Position numbers and translations under genes: made by a program. A stretch of DNA of 63,965 bases, the filler included, from Ionaspis alba (lineage: Eukaryota), in the NCBI GenBank assembly GCA_964255285.1. It is 3 parts of 3 records of this genome, joined end to end, with 100 filler letters (N's around TTAATTAATTAA, not from the genome) between each part and the next. Parts side by side here need not be neighbours in the genome. Positions count along the whole stretch, not along the records: positions 24,154 to 48,174 come from CAXUUL010000177.1; positions 48,275 to 63,965 come from CAXUUL010000366.1; 1 more part is not named here. One strand, 5' to 3'. Below the pieces are notes generated by a model, which was not told where the DNA came from, searched no databases, and worked only from the letters and a program-made list of their open reading frames with translations. Below, piece by piece: positions 36,955-50,013 of the stretch (position 1 is the first letter of the stretch; the number at the start of each line of letters is the position of its first letter).

Positions 36955-38634
36955 ATGACAGATCTGATCAACAACGCCACCACTGAGGGCGAGCTCATCG
37001 AATATCTAGCCACAGGATTTGAAGCTTTGCTGGACAAGGTTGATGCTTTGCTCTCTTCCAACGCGGAGCTAGGCAAGCAGATCAGGGAATTACAGACACC
37101 GGTAAGCATATGGCCTGTCCTTCAATTTCATTTTTCCTCGCGATTATGAAGGAAAAAAGAAGCCTTAGATCTAGAGCTGCGTTGTAGCAGTGAAGTAGCA
37201 CGAGCCGACATAATCTGATCGCTCAGGACCCATTCCAATACCAACTTATCAGGTGTGACTGCTTTACATTGTACGCTGACATGCTGATCGTCGTTAGAAA
37301 GAATCAAAGCTCAATACTTACGATCCGTCTGAGCGTTCTTTTCAACCTGATGTCAAAGCTTCCGGTTTCCTCCACTCAAGCTCCCGCGAAGCGCAACCGC
37401 TAGTTGGAGAGGACAAGGACGGGGCACGAAACCTTTCGAGCAGACAAACCAAAGTCCTCCGGATCCAAGACGGACAAGATGTCTGGTGGTCTCAGATTCC
37501 AGAAATTGCAAAAGGCTTCGAGGCTTGGCAGATGCTAAGGACTAGGAATGGAAGGCTTGTGGCCGACACCGAGAACAGCCTCAGCAAGGCCGTGAGACCA
37601 ATCGGCCTTGCGGATGGACCATCTAGGACCAGGAGAAGTTCTTCCCTACCTACTGAGCAGGACTTCACCACTTCTGGTCCGAAGGGTGACCTGAGCTGCC
37701 CATTCGCCGCTGTAGTCAAGCTTCGAAAGCAGCGAAGAACAACGGAGACCTCTGACTCCCAAGAACGACAGCGTCCAGATCCACTCCCAACGCCTCCAGA
37801 TCTGAAGGAACAACTCGCCCTGGACCCAATTGCAGCAGAATTTCATGCCGCGGACTTCGCCTCGCCCCCGCCTTCGGTCTCTGGTTCAGCATCTAAATGT
37901 CCTATACGTTTCCTCGATCAACACTCGCCCGAAGAAGTCGCGAAGTACTTTGAGAACCACAAGCACGAGATTCCTCGAAGTCACGAGATCTGCGTCAAGC
38001 GCTACCAGACCAACGAGGCTAGTATCCGGCAGCTGGATGCCAAATATGGGAATCTTGTGAGCATGATACAGGGGCTTGGTTTGAAGCACCAGCCTATGCT
38101 ATCCAGTAAGGAAGAAGAAGAGGCTGCGATGATAGATCGCCAGTCGATCGAAAAAGTAGAGCAGTGGGCTGAAAAATGCAGTGCAAACGCTCACGTGCCA
38201 ATAGAGGTAGGGGAAGCTACTAGTGCTGCTGGCGATACAAGAAGTGGACACTTCGAGCGATCACTCAAAGACGTTCGAGTTGGCGAATCTCCGAGTCGTC
38301 CATGGGGCATCTCAGTTCCTTATACTAGTGGCCTTGGCCTGAGCTCCAATCCTGGTGGAGAATCCGTCACGTCCCCCGACCACTCGAAGCCTGCCCATAC
38401 GGACAACGCTCAAACATCCTCTCCTCGACCGGAGAAACCACCCCGAGCCGGCCGATGTCCCTTTGGATTTGACGCTGTTGAAGCGGCGCCTACTACGGAA
38501 CGTAGAGCTTCGATCAATCCAGACAAGGATTCAAACAACGTGGAGACATCAAATTTACCGAATTCAGACGACAACGGTACTTTCAAGAGGCCCCAGATGG
38601 TGTTCAACGGTCCAGTTTTCGTAGGATATAGCCC
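36955..38634 (+). CDS. Conserved fungal hypothetical protein with CP motifs (3' end uncertain at gap)
   Basis: Intron 37102-37297 joins the ORFs in frame. KCPIRFLDQHSPEEVAKYFENHKHEIPRSHEICVKRYQ, SCPF, RCPF, FNGPVFVGY. Confidence 0.75.
37140..37222 (+). ncRNA. Candidate intronic box C/D snoRNA
   Basis: Lies in a 196-nt intron. Terminal stem GCGAT/ATCGC, degenerate C box ATGAAGG, D box CTGA at 37215-37218. Putative guides TTAGATCTAGAG and GAGCCGACAT. Confidence 0.5.
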
Positions 38635-39590
38635 NNNNNNNNNNNNNNNNNNNNNNNNNNNNNNNNNNNNNNNNNNNNNNNNNNNNNNNNNNNNNNNNNN
38701 NNNNNNNNNNNNNNNNNNNNNNNNNNNNNNNNNNGGCTTACAGCATTTCCACTTCTATTTATTGACTTGCACATATTTCGACAGTCGTCATTTTGTGGGT
38801 TGAGGTGGACCTCGACGACTTCGAATATCGCATTGTCGAGGCGCGTGTGATTGTTTGATGGCAATAAAAGTCCACCATCCAGTTTCTACTTCGAATATCA
38901 GAAGTTCTTCTACAGAGAACCTCATGCTTCTTACTTGACTGTTGCTACCACGTTGTCAACTGCGTTGCAGTTAGTCGTTGATAGTCTTCTTGTTCTATTT
39001 GCCCACATCTCCGTTCTGTCAGACTTTGCAGCTGCACGAAGGCTTCCCACAGTAACCTTACCAGACTTCACGCACCACCACCACTCCCTTCAGATTCGCC
39101 GAAAGCTCCGACAGCCGAGCAAACAGTCCGGAGTCTCGACAAATCTGCGAAGGAATGTTCGATGTATGTAAGAACAGACAGCAGCAACGAGACTCATACT
39201 ATGGTGATGTTATTCAGTCAATGGGATAGCAAGAGCGCGTCTCCTTTCAATGGGGTTTCTCGTTGGGCGGCGACGTCCTGCCTTCTTTGTGGATATTCGT
39301 TCAGTAATGGAAGCTATGTAGTTTGAGTCTACCTTGGGCCGACTTCCTCGCTTTACCATTGGCTTCAGGAATTGGTAAAGGTATGGAATGGCTACCGTTT
39401 TGAGGTAGTCGCAAATCAAGAGATACATCAAATGGTCTTACGGGTACTGATTGCGTCCAATCTGTATTTATCTTCTTTAAGATAGTCGATACCTACAATT
39501 GATGGCGAACTTCTTAGAAATCGGTCTCTTACTCCTGCTTTCCCATCTTCTTACTCTCTGCAACATGGCCTCCATAAATTACTTCCCCCT

Positions 39591-40108
39591 CTAGGGTAGC
39601 GCGATGCACTCGATTTCCACATCCACCAATTTCGGCAATTGATGGACCGCAACACAGCTCCGAGCCGGCTTGGTCGTAAAATGCTTTTCGTACTCGGCAT
39701 TCATCTCCGCAAAGTTCTTCATGTCAGTGATGAAAGCATTGACCTTGACCACCTTCTCGATGGAGGAGCCAGCAGCAGCGAGGATAGATTTGATGTTCGC
39801 GATGCAAGCGGCTGTCTTATCCCCAATGGTTCCAGTGACCAACTCTCCTGACGCAGTTGCGGGTATCTGTCCTGAGACGTAGATGAGATTCGGAGTGACG
39901 ATCGCTTGGGACTGCGGGACATATGGCGAATCATGTTAGGAATTACATCAAAAAGAACAGACTGCAGAGTGGGTGTGGGAGACACGAACGTAAGGTCCAG
40001 CGGCTACACGTTAGCAGGTCAGCCTGCCATCAAAGTGGTTCTCTCGCACCTGCCATCTGACTCACGAGGACAAGCATCCGCGGTGAAGATCTTCTTGATG
40101 TCGGACAT
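39591..40108 (-). CDS. RidA/YjgF/UK114 enamine-imine deaminase (Mmf1/Hmf1-like)
   Basis: MSDIKKIFTADACP|PAGPY|SQA.., YVSGQIP, KPARSCVAVHQLP..VEIECIA. 14-nt micro-exon 40003-39990. An in-frame upstream ATG at 40231 may add a presequence. Confidence 0.93.
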
Positions 40109-41140
40109 TGTGCGTGGATTACTCGCGATGGAGCGAAGTGGCGATTGGATGGAATAGGAACAGCGATGAAGATTGAGCCTCTCAGATATCGAGGGGTAAA
40201 GTTGGCGTTCGAGATGGCGCAGTGTAATCATGGGTTTTTGTGGATTCACGTATCAGGCAGAACCATTATTGACAGTTGGAGCTGTAGATTGCCGTTTGGC
40301 GGGGCCCAGCGACTGAGGGGCCGCACGCCGGGCAACCAGGTACCTGAGGACCAATTCTTCATGGTGGCTTGAGGAATAGTCTGCGGAATTGACTCGAGTA
40401 TACGCCATGTAAATAGGTTGAAGATTGGAAATCGATCGTCGATGTTACGGGACACATTTGGCAGCGTCTTCTACTCACCTATCGTCTAGTCGTGTTATAA
40501 GGATCCTTCGGTCCATGCTAGAGATGGATCTGTAAGTAACTCTTAATCACAGTATACCGAGGAGGCGGCCTGCATTGACTAGTTCGAGCACTTTGCTCAG
40601 CGCTGGACTATCGAGCATCGAAAGAGAAATGTCAGGAAAGAGGCGAGAGATGCAAAAAGTCAAGAAGATGAATTCGCTAAGTACTGGATGTTGTTTGTGT
40701 TTTATCTAATTGTTGGTACATGCAGATCTGCCTGTTAGTCCTAGCTATCTCAGCGTGTATGTTTCGGAGCTGTAGGAGTCGCAGTAGCATCATGTTAGAC
40801 TGTTGGCCCTTTCCTGCTTGACGAACGATTCCATAGGTGATCTAGATTTGTCTATCACAAGGATTATCCTCAACGTATGGCAGGAAGTGTCCCGGTACTA
40901 GCGTTCGAGGGATTCCAAAGCTTGGAGAATGTTGAGGGACGTATCTGTGGCATTATTCTGTTGGCTTGCCCAGCTAATAGTCCGATGATATTAAAGCATA
41001 AGCAGAACGAACCCGCTCAGCCCAAACGTTTCTCGACCTGTCAATCATAGGCAACCAGAGACGCTGGTCATCCTACAAAGTAGACAAGGACACTCAGCAT
41101 GAAGCTGATTGATGATTCGTGCCGAGTCAACCGCCGCCTG

Positions 41141-41869
41141 TCATGTTGTTGATATTCCTTCTTCCTGACTCGAAAGTAATGTCGCAACCGGAGCATCGAG
41201 CTTGGTTCGACCCTTCAGGAAATTAAGTTCAAGGATGAAGACATATCCGATAAGTACTCCTCCCAGCTTCTTGACGAGAGAAGCCGCTGCCGCAGCCGAG
41301 CCACCTATGTGAGAGGGGTCAATAACCTGTATCGTAGAAGGTATTTCCAGCGCAGTCTTCATACCTGTAGCGATGATGTCGTCCACAATGAGAACTTTCT
41401 GCCCTGGTCGAAGGCCATCTGATTGAATCTGGAAAAAGTCTTCACCGTATTCTTTCTGGTAACTCGCAGTCTCTATCGGCCCGGGCAGCTTTCCCTGCTT
41501 CCTGACAGGAACGAAACCGACGCCAAGCTTCAATGCCAGGCTTGGTCCAAACAAAAAGCCTCGAGACTCCAAACCGACAAGGACATCGGGAGTGCCCGAG
41601 CTTGCATAGTGCTCCTCGATGTGTAGCTCCAGCGCTCTGATCAGATCTCGGTGCAACTTTGCGTCAGCAAACAGAGGGAGGATGTCTTCGAACAGGATGC
41701 CTTTGGTTGGGAAGTCAGGAAACTGGCGAAGTGATTGATGGAGTCTTATCTTAAGACGGGCGAGTTCGGCGGTACTGGGGGTAGAGGAGGCGGCGAGTCC
41801 GACGGTTTGGGCGGTGGTGGCATCTGGCTTGTTCCGAGCAGGATGCGTTGAAGTCGATTCGCTGTTCAT
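41141..41869 (-). CDS. APT1: Adenine phosphoribosyltransferase
   Basis: FPDFPTKGILFEDI, GLESRGFLFG, VRKQGKLPG, YQKEYG, VDDIIATG|GS. In-frame intron ~41364-41305. Confidence 0.95.
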   Translation of the reverse strand: MNSESTSTHPARNKPDATTAQTVGLAASSTPSTAELARLKIRLHQSLRQFPDFPTKGILFEDILPLFADAKLHRDLIRALELHIEEHYASSGTPDVLVGLESRGFLFGPSLALKLGVGFVPVRKQGKLPGPIETASYQKEYGEDFFQIQSDGLRPGQKVLIVDDIIATGMKTALEIPSTIQVIDPSHIGGSAAAAASLVKKLGGVLIGYVFILELNFLKGRTKLDAPVATLLSSQEEGISTT

Positions 41870-42799
41870 GACGGAAGCAGGAGGGACGGAGTCGAAGATA
41901 TAGTAGGTTTGGACGTTACAGCGCTATCACACACGCTGCCCGATCGATAGCAAGGATCCGTACAGTAGCACGGTCTCGAGTTGATTGTTGTCGATTTCCT
42001 TCAGATATGACAAGTCAAAATCTTCAGTCCCCCACCACCTTGGAAAGATTCGGGTTGCAGGATTGTGCGACGGCGACCAGCATACTTTCCGGGATGATGG
42101 CGGCTCGATCCGAGCATTGTGGAGACGACCGCGAGGATGATTAAGGGTAGATGATTGGGGCCTTCCCAGTTTCTCTCCGTCTTTGTCTTGAATTTATTGG
42201 GCAGAGCCGACATGTCGCCAGCGAATTGTCCGATTCAATAGTTACACAAGGTGGATGGGTGTGGGGGTCCACTCCTCGGTCATCCCTTGGGCATCATAGG
42301 CAATGGAGCTGCCCAAGACTCCTTATAGGTTCTTTGACAGACGGTGGAAGCAAAGCTTGTATAGCACATCATCGTCCCGGTCGAGGCGTCTGCTGTCCGT
42401 GCGCACACGGTGCCTCGGATTGTAATCCTTCAGCTGGTTGTGGCGCCCTCCTCCACAGCCAATTCTCCAGCGATGAAACCTAATTGACCTTCTTCGTGGG
42501 GGTTGATTTCATCCTTACAAGCCAGCCAAAGATGCTGGCACAATAGTATCTACACCATGTTCTACGACGATTCTGCAAGTCGTTGCACTTGGTATCAGTT
42601 TGCGTTATTCGTTGAAGAAATGGGCTCGGTTGTATATCTGTCCACGATGCTAATGGAGGAAAGGTTTCAAATCTCTCCAGGTTTCACAGCTCTACTGTAT
42701 CTATGTCGCAAGATGTCAAGTCAAGTAGTTCAGTCGACGTCATCTACCGACATGATAGTCCTTAGAGCCCTCCAATGTAGCTAACACCTTCCGCTTTGT

Positions 42800-44571
42800 T
42801 CAAACCTTCACGGTCTGTGCCAACGAATTGACATCGACGATATAACTCTGTCTAGCCCCGATAGCTTTCGGTCCTTTGTATCCTCTGCCTCCTTTCCACA
42901 ACCACCATAGACCCACAAAGATTGTGAGACCTCCTGTGATCAAGCTCGCATAGTTCATGGTCGCAGGATCCACAGGCAAGGCATATGGAAAACAAAAGAT
43001 AACCACGAAAACGACAATGTAGAGGCAGGATATTCCATTCACGACAAATCCAATAGCGCCTTTCATCCAGAACGGGCCCGGTACGACGTTGGCTCTCTTC
43101 GTCAGGAGATGAGGACCAATGGCTGCCAGATATGACAGGGTGGAGAGAACGACAAAGGAACCTACGAAGGCATTGAAAGCTGTGGCAGACCCCACATAGA
43201 TACAGCCAAGGACCGTGCAAATACAGCCGCAAAGGAGTGTCGCGTTGAATGGGTTTCGCCACGTCTCATTGATTTTGCCAAAGGTGCTACTGAGCGGAGT
43301 TGCTTCGTCCCTCGCCAAGGTCCAGAATGTACGACCTGCCGTGATATAGCATCCTATACATGTGCAGAAGACGGGGACCAGGATCAGAAATAGCAGTCCG
43401 ATCGTTCCTGCCGACGACCCGGTTGCTTGATGATAGATCTCTGCGATAGGAAAGCTGCTCGTCCCAGCCAGAACCGCGTCGAGGTCCGAAACGGCGAACA
43501 ATATGGCGACCATATAGAAGAAAGCGGTAAGGAAGCCGATGGACATCTGTGCAGCAATTGCCTTGGGAATGTTAATCTCGGGCCGTGGGATCTCCTCAGC
43601 TAAGTGGGAGCAGCAATCTGGAGTCCCAACTGCATAAGCACCATTGAGCATGCCCATCAGAAAGATGAAGCCGTCCGAGGTATATCCAATATCGGCGGAC
43701 CAGTCTTTGAACACAAAGGCACTCGAAGCATATCCTTTCTCACTGCGACTGGGCATGACAGCGCAGACGATTATGGTTATGAAAACACCCCCCAAGATGA
43801 AGAAGAGTCCAATGTTATTGATTGTGGGCAAGGCTTTGTTGGCGAACAAGACGAGGCAGCAGCAAGACCAGGTAGTAATCAGGTAACTGATCAAAACATG
43901 CCATCGTTCTGCAACAAAGTCCGGGTGATATATGGCATACATCTGAACGGTACAATTGCCGACGATGGCACTCATCGAAGCAGCACCAAAAATCCAGGCG
44001 AAGAAGTTCCAGAAGCCGCCGAAGAAGCCGCAAATACGACCATACCGAGGACCTGCCGTGATCGACGCCCAATGGTAGACACCGCCGGAGGACGGGATGG
44101 CTGACGCAAGCTCGGCCAGACTGGCTGCAATAATCCAGTAGAAGACCGAAACGGCAATGCTTCCGCAGACATGAGAAGGAATGTATCCAGAATGATGCGG
44201 CACTAACTCACAACTCATACAAGACGCCAGGAGGGCCACTTTCCATCCAAAGTCAGCCTCCGACGCAGCATACAGTTCTTGGTGTCTCACCCATTGTATA
44301 TCGCAACGGCCTAACCTTTGTGTAAGCCTCCTGTTCTTGTGGAAACGTCATCCTTGTAGTTTCGTCCTGAAGATTGACTCACGATACTACCGCCAAGAGC
44401 AGCCCAAGTATTACCGGTGACAATTCCGACTGCGCTGATGCTCAGCAGATTGAAGTTTCGATCAAGCTGCTGAGAAGGCCCAAGAGCATTGGCCAGCTCG
44501 ATGGACGCAGGCTCGTGGCCGGCCTCACTGTCATTAACAATCTGATTCTTACGTTCGTCGTCCATATTCAT
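42800..44571 (-). CDS. Amino acid/polyamine permease (Hnm1/Uga4 choline/GABA permease-like)
   Basis: LDRNFNLLS, micro-exons AVAIYNG|GPPGVLYE, SLAELASAIPSSGGVYHWA, HLAEEIPRP, about 12 TM segments. Confidence 0.9.
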
Positions 44572-45006
44572 CGATGTCAATCGGGGTTTGCGATATGGAG
44601 GTGAGAATAAAGATGGTGTATGCTGAAGTGGACACTGCACCTCTCTGCAGCGAGAGGATGCAAGCCATCTTAACACACCGCATGATCGTGCTAAGCTCTG
44701 CTGCCAATCATCGTGCTGCTATGCGGGTTAATTGCCCTCACCCTTCCCAAGGAGCGGATAGTGATAAGCGTTGCGTACGTGATGCTACAAGCGGCTGCTT
44801 GCAGGGCTGCATGGAGATCGATCGTGGACCCGATAAGCTCGATAACGATGANNNNNNNNNNNNNNNNNNNNNNNNNNNNNNNNNNNNNNNNNNNNNNNNN
44901 NNNNNNNNNNNNNNNNNNNNNNNNNNNNNNNNNNNNNNNNNNNNNNNNNNNATAAGGCCAGTAGTGTTGATGCCATTCCCTTGATACTCTCTTTCTCACC
45001 ACTACG

Positions 45007-47259
45007 ATGTCTTTCCTGGGACTCGAAAATCTGCACGTTTTCGTTACAGGCGCTGCAGGAGGAATTGGATCAGAGGTAGTCGACGAGTTCTTGAGTGAGT
45101 TTGGTTTCTTAGTACTATTAGAGCGAGCATCCGAGTCGTAGAGATTCTCAGCAGCATCACAACTGTTTGCGTTATATTTGTTTTCCGTCACCATTAATAG
45201 AAGCATACTGGACGACTGAAGTTTTCTAGAGCAAGGTTGTAGAGTTACTGCTCATGATCGTCGACCAATCAAACGATCATCCACTCCGAATCTCTACAGC
45301 GTACAGGGAGACATCTCTGACGAAACATCTATACGCTCTTGTATGACCAGTGCCAGTGATCGATTTGGTCCGATCAACATTCTCGTTGCCAATGCCGGAA
45401 TCACGGATGAAAGTCAAGAGTATCCTATATGGGACACGCCATTGGATCTTTGGACTAAGACCTACGATGTGAACATTCGCGGCACCTTCCTTACCATCAA
45501 GCATTTCCTGAGGGCTGCCCAAAAGTCGCAGCAAGAGATAGGGAAGGAATTGGAAAATCTTGCTATTGTGGTCACGGGTACGTAGGAGTGTACATTGCCA
45601 ATTCCCCGGCTGATTTCATACCAGGGAGTGAGACGGGAAAATTTGGGCAAGCTGGTAAGCACATGTCTTTTCAAAGATTCAACGGGATTGAATGGACGAC
45701 TGCCTGCTTTCAATGTACACACAAGGCGGTATTGAGCTACTTGATTGGCTGCGAGTGGAACATGGTAGAGAAGCCGTTCTGAACGATCTAAGGACACACC
45801 GAGTATGCGTCTGGCAAAGCCGGTCTACAGTATGGTTTGGTTCGGGGTGTCAAGAATGAGATCGTACGTCTGAATAGCAATGCGCGGATCAATGCAGTCG
45901 CGCCAGGCTGGGTCGATACACCCCTGATTGAAGGAAGACTGGACGATCCTAAAGAGATGTGGGCAGAAGCTCAAGCAACGTAAGTTGCTCTCACATAGCA
46001 TGCTGGATCGCCCGGAATCTGACAACTACAGAGTCCCGTTGAGGAAGATCGCTACGCCTCGCGATGTTGCTTGTACAATGGCATTTTTGGCGTCTCATCG
46101 AGCGGCAGGACATATCACTGGACAGTGTATCAGCGTGGATGGTGGAATGGAAGGTCGTGTGGTCTGGAAGGAAGCCGAGGTCAGCATGGTGCCGGCTGAG
46201 AAGACGTCCTCGTTCTTGCATCAGCCGGAGACCGACACTGCATGCTCAACCGTTTTCGCGGCTCCTTCCAGACCTGCAAAACGCCAGATCAAAGTTGCTC
46301 TATCTGTGGATTTCGACGCGCTTTCAGCTTGGCTAGGAACTGGGATCCATCCTGACAATAATATGGCTGACTACTCTGCAGGCATATTCAGTGGCAAGGT
46401 CGGAGTTCCACGACTGGTGAAGCTCTTTAAGAAGCTCGGGATTGCGGATAAGATGACCTGGTTTGTGCCTGGTCACTCAATGGAGACTTTCCCGAAGGAA
46501 ACGAAACTAATCGTCGACTCTGGCTGTGAATTGGCATTACACGGCTATTCCCATGAAGGTGCCATGCAAATGACCGTCGAACAGGAAAAAGATGTAATTC
46601 TCAAGTGCATTGATCTGGCCACCAAATTGACTGGTAAGAAACCCGTTGGTTGGAGAGCGCCGTTATACCAGATTCGAGAGTCAACCTTCAGACTTTTAGA
46701 GGAGTACGGTTTCCTTTACGGTAGGTCGCAATTGACAACACGTGTCTCCTTGTTTCTGTTTGGCTTACTTGAGCAAGACTCTTCGCTCTCTAGCCACGAC
46801 AGTGAGGCGTATTTTGCGCCGAGAAATCCTCCAATTGCTCCCCCGAACTTCTCCGAGCCTGCTTCGTCGTGGATGCGTCCTGCAACAATCAATGAGCATA
46901 GTAAGACGCTGGTCGAAATTCCTTGCAATTGGTATATGGAGGACGCTACCCCAATGTCATACTATCCTCATGCAGCAAACTCCCATGGATATGTCGACGC
47001 CCGGCAGATCGAGCAGATGTGGAAGGATCGTTTTGATTGGCTGTTGGAGAACGAGAGAGATACATGGAATGAGTCGCAAACAAGCTTTATGGTATTTCCT
47101 TTAGTTTTGCACCCCGACACAAGTGGTATGGCACACATCATGGGTATGATAGAGAGATTCTTGGTCTGGATCAAGAACAAGGAAGAAGAGGTAGTGTTCG
47201 AGCGATATGAAGACATAGCGAAGGCTTTCAAGCAAGAGATGGAGCAAAAGCAAAGGTAG
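45007..47259 (+). CDS. Short-chain dehydrogenase fused to CE4 polysaccharide deacetylase (HpPgdA/PuuE-like)
   Basis: SDR motifs: TGAAGGIG, ANAG, YASGK, INAVAPGWVDT, ITGQCISVDGG. Continues without a stop into CE4 motifs: VDFDA, TWFVPG, HGYSHE, GWRAP, LHPD. Introns 45095-45229, 45578-45624, 45654-45791, ~45980-46031, ~46721-46777. Confidence 0.88.
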
Positions 47260-48418
47260 ATCATTGGTAATAGCGCTCGATAGAAGTTGCCAATATGGGA
47301 GTCACGTTCCCTTGTACTATTGAGCGATCTGTACAGACCTTGAGCTCCATGAAGGCCTCGTTGAGCAGCGGGTTTGGTGCCGGCTCGAAATATAGCATCA
47401 TACTTTTTCTTCGCAAAGAGAAACCTCCTAGTCAAAAATTCTAGTCAAGCCGCACAAACGGACAGACCGAGCCACGATCTAGTATCACAATTGTGGCGGG
47501 TGAACGAATCATATGCGGTGGCATCAACTCGGGGCAGAAGAGACAAATATTGTGACCTAACACAAACCACATATGCAGAAGTTTTGCCAATGAGATAAGC
47601 ATATGCTGCAAGATCTAATCATACATAAATAACTACGGATGATTGTTGCAAGTTAGGGAGTAGTCTAGGTCCTTCAAGGGGGGGCCCACCCTGAGAGATC
47701 AGCTTGAAGCGACATCAATGTACACTCACGGATATGGAAAGCATGGGTATGGAAGAAGAGTACTGTAAGAGAAGCCCGGTAAGTGTCCCAAAGGACATTG
47801 TCACAACCAAGCATGCCATTTTGCGCAGGACACGATGCTCACTGTGGGTGGCTCCACAAAAGGTGTGATGGCTAGTTCGATATTGTGGGTTGACGCGGCT
47901 TACACTAGACTTCGTGTTAGTTTCACCGGAAGCTTGGAGGGAGCCCGAAGCGTTTAAAACTCTCGGCGCAAGATTTGGAAGGATTGGTAAAGGAAGACAA
48001 GGCCATCAGGGGCTGTGGCCGGTATGTTTGCAATTTCAGCGGAGAGCATCTGTTGATAAGTGCAAATCTGAAAGGGGAACAAATTGCATGGACAAGAATC
48101 CATTAGGGCTCTACATGGCAGAAGTCTGAGAACTTCGAGACTGGACAACCACCATAAACAGGGTTTGAACTTACNNNNNNNNNNNNNNNNNNNNNNNNNN
48201 NNNNNNNNNNNNNNNNNNTTAATTAATTAANNNNNNNNNNNNNNNNNNNNNNNNNNNNNNNNNNNNNNNNNNNNCGCGAAGTCCTTAGCCGGAGCTTCAG
48301 ATATCATAACATCGACCTCTCTAGTACATCGTTGAACAACCACCCGTCTTCCGTCATCTTCACCGAAGATTTTCGACTTCCGACCAGTGTCCTACCAAAA
48401 GCCACTCCGAAGCCCAAA

Positions 48419-50013
48419 ATGGGCTCAGATCCTCAGTATGCGAAATATCCTGACCTTTCTCTCGCCCAGGACATCTTCACCATCACAAATCCGGCGTCCA
48501 CCCAATCATCGTGTCAAACGGCTCTGAAGAAGTTACAAAATGCAATATCTGAACACAAGATGGCACCATTGTATCACCACCTGGCGCACCCGGAAGAAGG
48601 AGTCCTCAATACCGTGGGAGAGGGATCAGCCAAAAAAGCTCCATCGACAAGCTCAAGAAAAATGAGTGGTGTGTCAAAGATCGTTGGTAGTGGTAATAAG
48701 TCGTCTGCTTGCCATCTCTCATGGGATGAAGAGCTCTACCGGAAGCTGGTGAAAGAGAATGAGGAGGAATTGGAGACATTCACGAAGGAGGAAGAAGAAG
48801 CAGCGGAGAAGGCTGGGGAAACAGAGGTGCAGGCTGCAAGAGGGAAGAGAGCAGAGTTTTGGGCTCGTGTGGGTGATAAGGTATGCAATTTCTTGATTGT
48901 CCTTCAGTGGTGTAGTACTGACACCTCCATTGAATAATTAGGACAAGGCAATATCGTCTTACGAAGCTGTTTTTGAGAAGACGGGTGTGCTCGGTACACG
49001 GATTGATCTAGTCCTTGCAATCATCCGGATTGGGATATTTTTCGGGGACAAGCTGATGGTCAAGAAAAACGTCGATCGCGCCAAAGCATTGGTAGAGAGT
49101 GGTGGCGACTGGGACCGAAGAAATCGCCTGAAGGCATACCAAGGCCTACATCTCCTTACGATCCGCTCATACAATCTCGCTGCTCCTCTGCTACTCGACA
49201 GTCTCTCCACATTCACTAGCTACGAACTCTGTAGTTATTCCTCTCTAGTGGTATACTCTGTGCTGGCTGGTTCAGTGTCCTTGAAGCGGGTCGACTTCAA
49301 GTCGAAAGTTGTCGATACTCCTGAGATTAAGGCCATACTCGGTGATGGAGAAGACAAACTGGCTGTTTTGACCGGGTCTATTTCAGCCGGTCCCGGCGCA
49401 GGGGACGAAGAAATGAAGGACACCACTTCGGCCACACCAACTCCAGCGTCGACAGCAGTGAATCTTACCACCCTTGGATCTGGAGCGGAAGGTCAGGCAG
49501 AGCCTGAGACGCCAGTGGATTTCACTCCTCTAGCTGGCCTAGTCCGAAGTCTTTACGTTGGCAACTACCAAGCTTTCTTCCTTGCTCTTGCTGCTGTCGA
49601 GGAGAATTTCCTTACGTCGGATCGATATCTCCACGAACATCGAGGTTGGTTTGTACGGGAGATGAGACTTAGAGGATATCAACAATTACTCCAGAGCTAC
49701 CGTATCGTGGGTCTAAAGAGTATGGCCAAGGATTTCGGTGTCTCCGTAGATTTCCTCGATCGGTATGTTGCCAACGCTACCATATTACGGGGCTTGAGAT
49801 AGCTAACTATCATCCGATAGGGACTTGGCAAAATTCATTGCTGCCGATAGGATACCATGCACCATTGACCGAGTCAACGGCATAATCGAGACAAATCGGC
49901 CGGACGACAAGAACAAGCAGTACACGGATGTGGTAAAGCAAGGTGATGCTCTGATCACGAAATTACAAAAGTATGGGCAAGCGGTGAGATTACGGGGTAG
50001 TGAGAGAAGTTGA
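48419..50013 (+). CDS. RPN7: 26S proteasome lid subunit Rpn7
   Basis: GGDWDRRNRLKAY, LDSLSTFTSYEL, REMRLRGYQQLLQSY, CTIDRVNGIIETNRPD..KQGDALITKLQK. Introns 48881-48941 and ~49762-49820. Confidence 0.96.
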
